The notes beneath the pieces are model-generated. The model had not been told where the DNA came from. It did not search any database and saw only the letters and a program-made list of their open reading frames with translations. Position numbers and translations under genes: made by a program. Shown here piece by piece: positions 1 through 12,148 of a stretch of 64,000 nucleotides of DNA (the first letter of the stretch is position 1; the number at the start of each line of letters is the position of its first letter). This stretch comes from Tricharina praecox (Eukaryota), in NCBI RefSeq assembly GCF_024521635.1, contig NW_026250417.1, positions 806,001-870,000 of the forward strand. The letters run 5' to 3'.

Positions 1-2804
1 GGTTTTAGGCGTCCCCAACCATATGTACGGTAGAGTACTCTACCTATATGTAGGGCAGTCGCTGATCATGATATCACATCACTTCTCACCCACCGGGCCA
101 CCCACCAGCCCACCCACTAGCCCACCGTAGACGGCGGTTGAGGTTGAGGTCCAACTTCCGAAACTTCTTTACGCACGCACACACCTCCCGACCGGTAGGC
201 CTCCGGCTATATCCGTGGCGTGAAACGCAGAACGGAGTACGGAGAACGCAGATGCATAACCCATAACCCCCGTTCCCCATTAAAAAAACAGTGGAATAAT
301 AACTAACTAAGAGGTATGAATGTGCAATTCGTGCGGTTTTGCACCTGGTGGAGCTCGTATCGCGGAGGTTGAGGGTGTTTACTTACCCCGAGATTCTGGA
401 GGTGGGCGTGGGCGTGTGCGTGCGGCGTGCGGTAGGTGTGCGGCGTGTACGACACCAGGCATCGGGCATCGGGCAGCGGGCAGCAGGCAGCGGGTAGCAG
501 GCTCGGTTGTCGGTTACCTACCGTACTCTACTCTACCGTACTTGACGACTCACTTACTTGCCTGGTGCCTGGTCTCGCCTGTTCTCCCGGTCTCCCATGG
601 ACGAGGGAGGGGGGAGGGAGACGAACTTAGAGTTAAGGGTTGGGGGTAGTCGGCAGGAGGTCATCATGAATAGAGTATCTTTGTCAGACTGGGCGGGGGC
701 CGCGGGGCCCCAGAGGACCTGACAATATCGTAATCTCAACTTACTCATGTCCTTGAATACGTACATAACTTTATCCTCCTCCCGTCGATAGGGCTGGCCG
801 GCAGGCAGGCAGGCAGGCTGGCTAGATGTCCGGATGACTGGCTACTTGGCTGGCTGGCTCACTGGCTACCTGGCTGGCTCTCTGGATAGCTCTCTGGCTG
901 TATGGCTGGCTGGCTGGCTCGCTCGCCCGGCCGGGCATGCACCCATATGCATAGGTAAAATATATTGTCATTTATCTGGCTGGTGGTACCGGTAAATCAA
1001 CCGTAAATTGTGCTATGTATGCATATGCGGTATGTGGTGGGCACTGGGAGCCTGGAAGCCTGAGGGTTAAACTGATGCTGCCCCGAAATATTTCCATCTC
1101 ACTGCATGGGCCACGGCTACTTTCTCTGGTACCTATCATACTATGGGTGAGCACTGAGCAGGAAGGTACCTACCTAACCTACCAACCGGCATGTAGAGTA
1201 CGGTAGCAGCCGTTCCTAACCACAGGTATCTCTCTCCTCATTCCGCATTCCGCATTCCGTATTCCGAGCCCGTCATTTGATTGGCACGAAGCGATCAAGA
1301 ACCAAGATTGGGTGGGGGCACTATACATGTGGTCGTGGATAGATCCGAGAACACAGAACACACAACACCATTTCAATTGCAGGGGGCCCCGCAAATCTAC
1401 AGTCATACAGTCAGTCAAAGGCAGATGGGTTGGTCAGTCACACAGACAGCATCTAATCTATTCTGCCCGCGAGTGCTCCGGAGTCTATGTATGCTTACCT
1501 GGCTGGACGGCTGGCTAGCTGGCTGGTCGACTGGCTGGCTGACTGGATGGCTGGCTGGCCGGTTGGCCGGTTGGCTGGCTGGCTCGCCGTGGGCCATTTG
1601 GCATGCCACGATGGCGGAGGGAGTAGGCCGATGGGCTTCAAATTTCAAGGTATGTGTGTGCCCCGCGTGATCTCGCCATGACAGCGGCGGGGGGCATCAC
1701 ATATAGGCATCCGGCGCTGTCAGTGGCCTACACGACCTCAGTCACATGGAGGCGGAAGTGTACTGGGTATCGTTAGTCGGTTCAACGTTGGGGGGATTTT
1801 GAGTTGACTTGACTCGTGCTCATCCAGGGCCAGTCCCTGCGCCTCGACACGGAACCTACCTGTGTCTACGTCTACCTTACATCTATTTCTATGTCTATTT
1901 CTATGTCTAAGTACTCTAAAGCATAACTATACGTTGGAGTGGACGTGGGCCGTGGCAACAATGGACCGACCGACCCCATTCCCTTCTTTCCACGCGCCGA
2001 CGCCGACGCCGCCGCAATCCAGGCGTCGTATATCGGCCCTCTATGATGCATGTAGATTACCAAGTATCCAGGTGGTTGCGTAACTTGCGTTCGCAGGTGC
2101 ATTTTTCGGGTGAACCCTATATGTATACGTACGGCCCCGGCCCCCTCTGCCTACCACCTGCCATAGACTTTTGGCCACTCTTTCTCTCGGAGTCTGAGTC
2201 TCTGAGGTTCCCCCCGAGGCCCTACGCTAGCTGTAGCTTTAGTTAGGCTCCACAGGTTCATCTGTTCGGGCGCCGGCTAAGTGCTTGCTTCGTTGGGGAG
2301 GAGGAAAGGGCCATGGATGTACGATGAGAAGAGAGAGCGGGCCCCTACTATGAATCTGTGATGCGCATCATGATCCCAAGTAGTGACTCCGCCATTCGCA
2401 CTGCCAACCGCCTGCTATTGCCACCACACGTTGGCAGCAGCGTTGAACAGCAGCAGCAGAAGCAGGCAGCAGGGCCGCAGCATCGTTGAGGGGGGGGGGG
2501 AGGGTTTGTGGCCAGAAGTGTGGATTAGGGCCCAGCCGGCCAATCGGAGCGTTGCAGCCTGCAATCTCGCACTTTACGCTGTACGGTTAGGCTGGTTTCG
2601 GTCGCTCGGCTTCTTCCAGAATTTGATTGATGGGACAGGGCAGTGGCAGCGATCACTTTCAGTTGCGAAAGCGAGCGAGAAATAGAGAGAGAGAAGTCGT
2701 ATGTATGTAGGCGGCAGACTGGCTAGACGGACTGCCAGACGGACAACCAGCCAGGTAGAAATACTTTACCGCATCCCGCTCCCTCGCGCCGTAGCACATC
2801 GCTA

Positions 2805-3165
2805 CCACAACCATCATCATCACCACCACCACCACCACCACGCACCCAGTGGTGCCGACTGCCTATCCTCCTACCTCCTCCTCCTCCTGCTCTTCCTACT
2901 CCTCTTCTTCCTACTCCTCCTCCTCCTCCTCCCCCTCCCCCTCCTCCTCCTCCTCCTCCTTCTTCTCCTTCTGCCTCCTCTTCCCCCGCCTCCCCCCCAG
3001 TTCCCCCATCTACCAACTTACACGCTGGTAGATAGGCAGGCATCGTCGCCTCCAGCCCAGCGCTCAACCACTATTACTACTAACACTGCCACCTCCAACC
3101 AACATCACCACCACTACCACTACCACTCTAACCACCACTACCACTCTAACCACCACCACCACCGC
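2805..3165. repeat. Compound (CAT/CAC)n, (CCT)n and (CCACTA)n low-complexity tract upstream of the transcription factor
   Basis: Trinucleotide and hexanucleotide runs are directly visible. Confidence 0.85.
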
Positions 3166-3658
3166 CAGAAATTTCCCTCTCTCATATCCCTTCGTCCGTT
3201 CCTCAGCTAAACACCGACATCGTCGCTCATTCGTTCCGACAACTTTTCTTGACGCTCTTTTCCTCCTCATCGGCCATCCCCCTTCTTAGCCCCCCTAACA
3301 TTAGGAGGCCCATACACCCCCAGTGTTGTAGCACGGCACCCGTTAGCTGTTAGTGTAGCTGGTTCAGCTCTTCTTCGACCGTCCGATCGATCTCGTCGAA
3401 TCGCTTACTTCTCGTACACCCCCCCCATTGGGGCTCGAACATCTGTTCTGTTCGCCTGCAACTGCCGCTCCGCGGGCCGAGACACTCACAGCCTCCCCTC
3501 TCCTGCGCGTAGAATTCGGACGGGAGCTCGATCTTCCCCCCTCCCCCCCAGCGTGTAGCAAGACTCCACCTACCACCTTCCACCTTCCATCTTCCACTCG
3601 GGTTGAGACCATTCGAGTAAAGAATTTTTTCATTACAATAATAAACAAAAGCTGCGGG

Positions 3659-6543
3659 ATGAATCCAACTCTCGAGCGCGACAGCGTGAGCAACCACCCC
3701 CGGCCGGAAAAGCGACCACACAGCCCAAGCGGCGACGAGCCCGGCGCTACCTCCAGCAGATTGAAGATCATGGGCGACCCAGTAGGACGTGACGACCGAG
3801 ACCGCGATCGCGACCGCGACAGTTATTACCCCGCGATGTATACGGCCCATTACGCACCACACCCGCCCATGATTGTGAGCAACCTTCATCCCTACGACAA
3901 CAATCCCAATTCGATGAATTCCCAGTCCCAACCGAACGGTGGTCCGCCGCAAAGTCACTACCATCCGTACGGCTCGAACTCGGCTTCCCCCGTGCCGCAC
4001 ACCCAGATGGCCTTGCCTCAGGACAGTACTTCTGGGGGAATGCAAACTTTACCGGGTGGACAGACAAAAAGACCCTACCGGCAAAGGCGGAAGGATCCAT
4101 CATGCGATGCATGTAGGGAACGGAAAGTCAAGGTTGGCATTTGTCCCTGAAACTCTATTTTTTCTTCGAGTTTTTCGAGTTTTTACTTCGTGGGGTCTGA
4201 CAGCGAGGTAGTGCGACGCGACTGAGACGGCATCGTGCAACGAGTGCAAGTCCCGTGGGGTCAAGTGCCAATTTACGAAAGAGACCAATCGACGAATGTC
4301 CTCCATCAAGTACGCAGAGCCCTGTCGCGCTCCCTCCCTTCCCCCCGATGCCTGCGGCTCGTAGCTTACCGGTGATTTTTTTCCTTTTCCATCAGACAAG
4401 TGCAGGATCTCGAAAAACAGGTTTCTGCTTTCAAGAGCCGGATTCGGGAGCTTGAGGGCCAGTTGTACACGGTGGGCGCTGTGGGAATCAATGGCGCGGC
4501 TCGGGAGACTCTGTCGATCAATTTCCCGGAGATCGGGTCCATGCCACAGAGAAGACCTCAACCACCGCCGGCGGAGCCAGGTATTTCAACAGTTCGGAAC
4601 CACATTCGGGATTACTGCAGAGGAGTGTTCAAGCCACCTCCTCCCTATCGACAGGCCGGCCCAAAGAAGCAAGAGTCGCCGAAAAGTGTCGTGTCGCCGA
4701 AAAGTGTCGCGTCGCAACACCTACCGCCTAATCACATTGGCGAAATCCTGATCAAGCATTATTACGAAACAGTACACTCGATAATACCCATATTGCATTG
4801 GCCTACGTTTGCTGGGGGATATGATGAAGTCAAGATGAAGAAAGATATCACGGCGGTGTCTCCGGCGACAGCATCGGTTCTGTTTGCTGTCTTGGCGTTG
4901 GGAGCGGTGTATACGACGGACCCGGAGGTCAGGAAGCTGTATCCCGACAGCGGCAAGGGCTTCATCGAGCAGTCACGACAACTCGTTGATCTTTTTAATG
5001 ACGAGTTCACGATTGATCACGCACGAGCGGCGCTGCTGACCAGCATCTACCTCACCGAGCTTAATTGTAAGTCGGCAGCATGGACGTGGCTGGGGTCCAC
5101 GGTGCGAATTGCACAGGATATCGGTCTGCATCGAGAGAGCGGCCCGTGGCCGGTTGTGGAAGGAGAGATGAGACGCCGGGTTTGGTGGGGAATCTACGCT
5201 TGGGACCGGTAATAAAAAACAATCCCTGACTCGCCTCTCCGTCATCCCAGAATCTACGTTTTTGCCAGATATTTTGCCAGACACTTTTTTGTTTGCATGC
5301 AGGCTGACTGACTCGGGGTTGTGTTTACAGCTTGCTCTCCGTGGAACTTGGCCGTGTGCTCCTGATTGAGGACCGAGATTGCGACATTAGCCTGCCATGT
5401 GCGCTAGACGATCATTTCATCTTCGACTCGAACGTCACAAGCAACGGCAACGGCCTGAACAGTCATAACCAGGCTGGCTCGCATTTCCTGCTGACTACCA
5501 TTCACGTGGTGCGCATGATTAGCGAGTTGTTGCGGACATTACAATCAACCATCATATCACCCCAGGCGCTTATCGCATTCGATTCGCATTTTGGATCGTG
5601 TCAAACCGTTTTCCCGGCAAATTGCCAAATCTTCCATCCACAGCCGCTGGAGCCTCGGCACTTGTCGCCCATCCTCCAGTTACAGAACTGTCGAATCGTG
5701 CTGCATCGACACAACATGTCGACATATTGCCCCCCTGAGGTTCGGGCCGCGGCAGTGCAGTCATGCGTGCAGGTCGCGAAGGAGACGGTGCAGCTTTTGA
5801 TTCGCGTACGGAAATATCAGCCGCCCAGCCCAACCACCTGGTCGGATGCGGTCGCATCGGCAGCCACCACGATGGTTTGCACGCACATCTGGCGTTGCAT
5901 GCTCTTCCTCTGCTTTAGCGCCAATTATGAAGAGGCCCTCACGTGCGCACAGATCTCTGCTGCCGTGGGAGGTTTCCGAGAGGTCAACATCGCTTGCGGG
6001 AGGTTCCTGTACGGGTTTCTTCGGCAGTTGGCAAACAAGGTCGCCCAGGGCAGTGATCTGATGAAGGATGAGATGATCATTGCCATGGTCTCCGGAGATG
6101 TCCAGGGCAGCTCCGAATCCGCGTGGATCTGGGACGAGAGCGAGACGGGAATGGATTCCAACGGCAAAGCGTCCGCATCTTCCTCGAATGGAAATGAAAC
6201 GGCTCAATCTGTTGCCGAGAATCCCGTGACGCTCTCGGAGCAAGAGAAGCGGGAGTGGTGTGGCTGGGACCGCATCGAATTTATCATCCGACAGTTGCAG
6301 AGGGAGAAGACACAGCGGGATTACCAACAGCGCCCGCTTCATCCTCCACTGGTCTGGGAGCCGCAGATGGACCGGAACCACCGTTTCGTCGACGATATCG
6401 ATCAAAATCACTGTTTCGTCGACGATGTCGACCAAAACCACCGTCTCGTCGTCGACCGAGCCGATCGAGACGTCATGCCCCCGGCACCGCCTGCTAATAA
6501 TCCGAGCGGAAGCGCTAGGATTTCTATTGCCAACATCATGTAG
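3659..6543 (+). CDS. Zn(II)2Cys6 fungal transcription factor with fungal-specific TF (middle homology) domain; 4 exons: 3659-4132, 4212-4309, 4396-5208, 5331-6543
   Basis: Splicing joins CDACRERKVK|CDATETASCNECKSRGVKC into a complete six-Cys binuclear cluster. Downstream exons give IPILHWPTF, AWTWLGSTVRIAQDIGLHRE and EMRRRVWWGIYAWDR|LLSVELGR, typical of the Fungal_trans domain. All introns are GT-AG. Confidence 0.93.
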
Positions 6544-8037
6544 AATCTTCGGCGTGTTGATTTTTCTTTTCTTTTCTTTTTGTTTCGATTGGCCTATATT
6601 GTCTCCATGTTTCGTGTGCGGCTACGAGAGGTGGGAATTTAAGGAATCAAACGGGGTGGTTTGCGTTGCGGCTTTTCAGTTTTTTTTGTTTTGTTTTTTT
6701 GCTTTTATACATTTATATTTCCTCTGGGACCGGTTTGGATGTTGGGTTGGATTCCATGGTGTTTTTTGTATTTCCCTCGTTGTATCGCGTCCTCGATGTC
6801 GGCTGCTGGTGAAAGGTTCGTTACTTCTTCGTTTCTTCAGTTCTTTCCCGTTCAACCGCAATCTGGCTGGGGGTGGGGCCCTATTCTACGAGTACAGACT
6901 TTTTTTCTTTCTTCTGGTTTTAGGCAAGGTTATATACGTGGATATCTGAAGTGATCCCGCCCATGTGGGTATGTTTTTTCTTTTTTCTTTTTCTTTTTTG
7001 CCTTTACATACGGGGAGTTTGCGGGCATTGCGCAGTACAGTTGGCTTCGGTTTCGGTTTATAAATTCCACGCAGGTTCTCTTTCGTACGTACGCATGGAT
7101 TTGCTGTTCGGACGTGGTCTGCGTGAGAAGTACATAACGAACCGGTGGGCCGTGGCAGTGAATGGCAAAAAATGTTGGCGTCCCCGTCCCCGTCCCCTTC
7201 CCCCCCCCCAAGGTGCCGGCTCTCGTCTCGTCTCGTCTTGTCTTCTTACCTTACTCTGCATCGAGCTGGCATCGAGCTGGCATCGAGCTGGGCATTTCAT
7301 TTTCATGCACGTCTGCTCGCTCTGCTGGCGGTCGGTCGGTCGACGTTGTTGGCATCATCCCGATTGGCCCTCGCTGCCTCTCCTCCAGTGCTCCTCACGA
7401 CACTCGACACTCGACGCACGTACTCTACATAACTACAAATAGAATATCTACATATGTAAAATCTCGTCTGAGTCTGAGTCTGAGTCTCAGCATTTTTTTC
7501 CTTTTTTCATTTCTCCCCCTCCTGGACTCTGGAGTCCTGGGGCCGGCAGTAGCTACCGATCGTTGCGTGTAGTGTTGTAAAATGTCGCCGAAAAGTCGCC
7601 GATTCGATGTGGCGGTGGTTGGTGGGTGGTGGGTGGTGGTGGGTGCGGCGGTGCGGCGGCAGTGCGGCGGGTTGAGACATGTCACTGCCACTGGCGGGTG
7701 CGGTCGGGATGGGCGGGGGCACAGTGGGTCACTCGCTTAATGCGCAGTTTCGGGTCACAGTGGCTGGCTGGCGGCGATCGTGCGAAATAAACTGAAGATC
7801 TCTCTCTCTCTCTCTCTGGCGGCGATCGTCCGCCAGTCCGCCGGTCCGTCTGGTCTTTGGAGTAGAGCAGAGTACCTCTACTAAAGAAAAGCCTGAATTG
7901 CTGAAATCGTGCTGAAATCGTGCTGAAATCGTGCTGAAACATGCAAAACTTGAAGAATCGTCTGGTTTGTTCTTGCGCTGTGAAGGCTTTCATTCGGTCT
8001 CGGGCCTTTGGGCACCGGAGTGGTGGTGGATGAGGAG

Positions 8038-8262
8038 GAGGAAGTGGAGGAAGTGGAGGAAGTGGAGGAAGTGGAGGAAGTGGAGGAAGTGGAGGAAGTG
8101 GAGGAAGTGGAGGAAGTGGAGGAAGTGGAGGAAGTGGAGGAAGTGGAGGAAGTGGAGGAAGTGGAGGAAGTGGAGGAAGTGGAGGAAGTGGAGGAAGTGG
8201 AGGAAGTGGAGGAAGTGGAGGAAGTGGAGGAAGTGGAGGAAGTGGAGGAAGTGGAGGAAGTG
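8038..8262. repeat. Perfect tandem minisatellite (GAGGAAGTG)x25
   Basis: 225 bp equals 25 identical 9-bp units. Confidence 0.98.
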
Positions 8263-8441
8263 GTGGTAATGGTGCTGGTGCTAACAGGGCAAGACACTAC
8301 GGTAGAAGCAACATCCTCCTCCTCCTCCTCCTTCTCCTCCCCCTCATAAGTATCCCAAAGCCGGAATTGGTGAAGACCGACGTGGTGCTAGGTACTCGAC
8401 GAAGTTCGTATGGCGGGTGTGTGTATAGTACAGGTACCATA

Positions 8442-9226
8442 CAGTAGCAAAACGTAGGGTGCGATTGATACGGGGCGAATACCACGGTCGTTCGGACACC
8501 GACGAACTACCCGATTTTTGTTCAATACGGTACGTATGCCCACTTTTAGAACGTCCAAACAACACGTACCTATTTTCATAAAGACAGCAGCCGTACCGTC
8601 TTTCTCACATCACGTATCTATCGAAACGTGATAATCTATCGAAACGTGATACGTGTTTAGTCAACTTCAGTAGCCGTGTAGCAGTGTAGGCACAGCCTGC
8701 TACCAAAAAGCCGGACGAACTACCGCTGTTCTTCCTATGCAAAATATTGGACACTGTCCCGAAAATCAGACAACCACCAGCGAACTACCTTATTCCCACG
8801 ACAACATAGGTAGTGCAGAGAAAATGATGTCATGCTAATCAAGTACCTAGTTCCTAGACTGTTATAAAGCTATGACGACAAGACTCCTACGAAAGAACAG
8901 CCGTGCTGAACAGAATGCTCCGGTCACTGAATCCAGTATGCATACGACATACCTAGTAGAAACCCTCCAACTTCAAAAATACGTACTGTGAGCAAGACGT
9001 GCTGTACACACGCAAGCAAACATTTACGACATTCGCGTAGTGTAGGAAGTGCTGTAGGCTCATGGAATAAATACTGTAGAGGAAACTACCTATACGGATT
9101 GAGCTGAACACGGTAGAGATGCCGAGTCCCGGCGGAATTGAGAAGCGTATCTTTACAATACTGTAGAATTTTTCGATACTAGAGGCCGTCGGTATCAATC
9201 GCACCCCACCCCACGTTTTGCTACTG
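8442..9226. mobile_element. Non-autonomous Tc1/mariner-type DNA transposon (MITE-like), 785 bp
   Basis: Left end TA|CAGTAGCAAAACGTAGGGTGCGATTGATAC. Right end GTATCAATCGCACCCCACCCCACGTTTTGCTACTG|TA is its inverted repeat with a 5-bp insertion. TA flanks both sides, termini are CAGT...ACTG, there is no transposase ORF, and a second copy occurs at 36916. Confidence 0.85.
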
Positions 9227-10491
9227 TAGTTTTGTTTTTTGCTCTGATATCCAATGCCTCAACCTCGGAGGTCAGCTTCCTAGACTAATCAACCAACCGG
9301 TGACTCTCGCGGCTCGCCTGATGAGGAGGGTGCGGTGCGTGCCGATCAGTTTCGGGTCTCACAGACACACATCGTATCACTCGTATAGCTGAGTGATAAC
9401 GAGTGCATGAATATAACGGCGAGTGCAATTCCGACCGTAGGTTGCCCTGTAAGCAGCGAGCAAGCTGCCAATCCTTGGTAACTAAGGCTTAGCTCCCATT
9501 AATCGTTACTTAATATGGTGCTGTTCTTGCGTGACCTGGAGGAATCCATATAAACCGAGGAGCAAGTACTTACATGTACAAATCACCTGGAGGACTTGTG
9601 TACTCTACATACCATGAAGATACATACCTCCGGACACTGGACAGCTACATGCCCCTGCATAGAGCCGACCGCGAGACCAACGCCGGAACACAGTACTCAG
9701 TAGTACTCCCTCATTGAAGTATGTAGTGGACATTCGTCTAAACTTACATATTATCCCCAGAGGAGGAGGAAGACGTCAAGGTGTTTCGGACGACGACGAG
9801 ACTCCGTACGTATGTACTCTACATATGTAGGCTCCTGACGCCAATAGTGTACTACCTATGTACACAACCATCGGTTTCCGCAAACAAACTCTTCGAACTT
9901 CGAAGCTACCTAGCTGGGCAGATGTGGACCCGTCAATCAGCCAGCCAGCCAGCCAGCCAGCGGGGTACAGTATGTACAGTACGGTGTTGAATCACATCAC
10001 AGTTCTGTTAGATTTGGGCAGTACCGGTCACCGCAAGAGCAAGTGCAAATGCAAATGCAAATGCAAGGGCAAGGTAACAGTGGAGCATACGGCCTTCGTG
10101 TCCAATGTATACCAGGTAGGTGCGCTGCTTCGCGGACTCGCCAGATGATGTCTCCAAAGTCAACTAGGTATACAATGTAGTTAAGTGCAAGACAGAATTA
10201 CTGTGACAATTCCTGAAGTCCTAGTACCATAGTAGACGCAAGTACCGAACAAACGCCCGCTATTACCATAGCCGCAGGCACCCATAGGTAGAGTACATAT
10301 CCAGCCCAGAAACCTCGAGGACCAAGATCTCAGGATCTCACTCAGACTTCGTACAACCACCCCGCACGACACGCTAACCGCCTCAACTGTCCGCGTCCTG
10401 TCCGCGCCCTGACGCCAACCACAACACAGTACTCCCACCAATACCCAGCAGCGACCGCCGACACTCCGCAAAGCCAAACAACAACAGCACC

Positions 10492-11197
10492 ATGTCCATC
10501 TCCCGCCGCATTTCGATCCGCTGGGTTGCCACCCCACCCCCTCCCCCTCCACCCCACTCCCTCCCAACCCCCGCACCTACAACAGCTAACCCGCCCCACC
10601 CTTTAGCTACCCGCCCCCGCCTCCGAGCCCACGAGCACACTAGTCCTAACCTCCCCGGCTCGGCGGTTTATCGACATCCGCCTTACTCCTCCCACGCCCT
10701 CCCCCTCTCACCCGCAGTCCCTATACTGGGGCTTCACCGGTCTGTCCTCGAACCCCACACCCACCAGCGGACGATGGACGCACGAAGTCGACTCCCGCGG
10801 GGTGTCGGGATTCGACGAGGGCTCTCTCTCGACACTTCCGAATGGGGACGTATTGGAGAACGGGTCGATGGTCGATTTCGACGACGCAGATGCGGGGGCG
10901 AAGGCTTACGAAGAGGTTTGGCGGGACGAGGAGTCCGCGACAGTGGTGGTGCTTGAAGAGGTCGATGGAGCCGGCGGTAGGGTCGTGCGCGTCGGCGAGT
11001 GGTGTCATGGACTCATTGCGAGGGATAAGGCGGTGCATGTGGAGCGCTGGAGGGATGGGGTGTGTGTCTTCCGGAGTGCCGGGACCCTGGCGAGAGAGAT
11101 TGTCCCGCCTGATGTGTGGAAACATGAGGAGCTCGCAATGGGAAGGGTCCTGCAGCATGCGGATGTGGTCTGGAAGGTTGTCGAACTGCATTTGTAA
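10492..11197 (+). CDS. HRI1: HRI1-like protein; exons 10492-10524 and 10607-11197
   Basis: Spliced product MSISRRISIRW|LPAPASEPTSTLVLTSPARRFIDIR...YWGFTG...WTHEVDSR...DEG...LENGSM...YEEVW matches the fungal HRI1 family pattern. The intron is GT...GCTAAC...TAG. Confidence 0.8.
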
Positions 11198-11264
11198 CCA
11201 GCTATTCTATGCTACATACCTGCCCGCCTTTCTGCCCGCCTTTCTGCCCTGCCCGCCTGCCAAG

Positions 11265-12148
11265 CTACCAAATCATCCCCCTCCCACTAACGATCCCCTT
11301 CCCCCTCCTCTCGCGCTCCTCCTGCTCATGCACCCACCCCTCATCCTCGCAGAACTGTTTAACCGCCTCCTCGAACCCGCCCTCGCCCTCCGCAGCGTCG
11401 ATATATGCCTCCGCCATCTTCGCATCAACACACTTAGTCCGCAGCTGAAAGCGCTTCACGAGCGCCTTGCGATCGCTACCCTCCTCGGCCGCGGGGCTGA
11501 CCGAGGCGCCACCGTAGTAGCCCGCGGGGATGGTGATGGCTTGTCGCGCTGAGAGGAGGGGGTCGCTGAAGAGTCGGTTGTGCGCGCGGAGCACCGGCAG
11601 GGGGACGTTGTAGTGTAATGAGAGGCTGGCCATGCTGTCCGTGGGCCGGACGAAGTGGAGGATGTCTTCTTGTGGCTGCTCTTTGCTTTTCTCCGGTGCA
11701 GCGTCGTTCGCTTCAGAAGCAGCGGGAGTAGGTGTGTACCCCGGAACTTCCTCCTCCTCCTCCGACGCCCCCGACGCCAGCGGCGCCGATGCCTCGTACC
11801 CCGGCGGTAAGGGACAGTACGGACAGTACTCTGTAAACCTTCGATTCCTCTATTGATCCAGCACTCCGTATCAGCCCAGTCAAACCCCCCCCTCCCCCCT
11901 CGCCCCCGTCCACCTCCCCGCACCGCCCAAGAGAGACGAACCTGAATACACCGCCCACAAACCCACCTCCCACAGCAGCTCTGCTGCAGATGCTGACGCA
12001 GGGGTGGGAATTTCTCCTCGCCCACCTCCTCCTGCTCCTTCTTTTCCTCTGAGGAGGAGGAGAAATCTAGTATCTGCGCACACGTCGAGCACACCGTTGC
12101 GGACGAGGAGGCGTATGACGGCGGTGGGGCGGGCGGTAGGTCGGCCAT
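11265..12148 (-). CDS. Intracellular LysM-domain protein with an N-terminal Cys-rich zinc-finger-like region; intron 11850-11941
   Basis: The spliced protein has CSTC...CCGRWVCGRC..|RNRRFTEYCPYC, then the LysM-like segment HFVRPTDSMASLSLHYNVPLPVLRAHNRLFSDPLLSARQAITIP. No signal peptide. Confidence 0.8.

Noticed and set aside
2281..2300. GTGCTTGCTTCG resembling the 5' end of U6 snRNA
   Set aside because: The similarity ends after about 12 nt and no ACAGAGA box follows at the expected spacing.
2701..3210. 169-aa poly-His/poly-Leu ORF upstream of the transcription factor
   Set aside because: It is a translation of CAC/CCT microsatellites, open in several frames on both strands. A uORF role cannot be excluded but has no support.
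8038..8262. CRISPR-like array
   Set aside because: The units are contiguous with no spacers, the context is eukaryotic and there are no cas genes.
7881..8349. ORFs with EEV, WRK or STS repeats
   Set aside because: They arise from the stop-free 9-bp minisatellite and have no unique protein-like flanks.
9318..9360. CTGATGAG hammerhead-ribozyme-like core
   Set aside because: The required GAAA partner occurs only on the opposite strand and I could not build the flanking stems.
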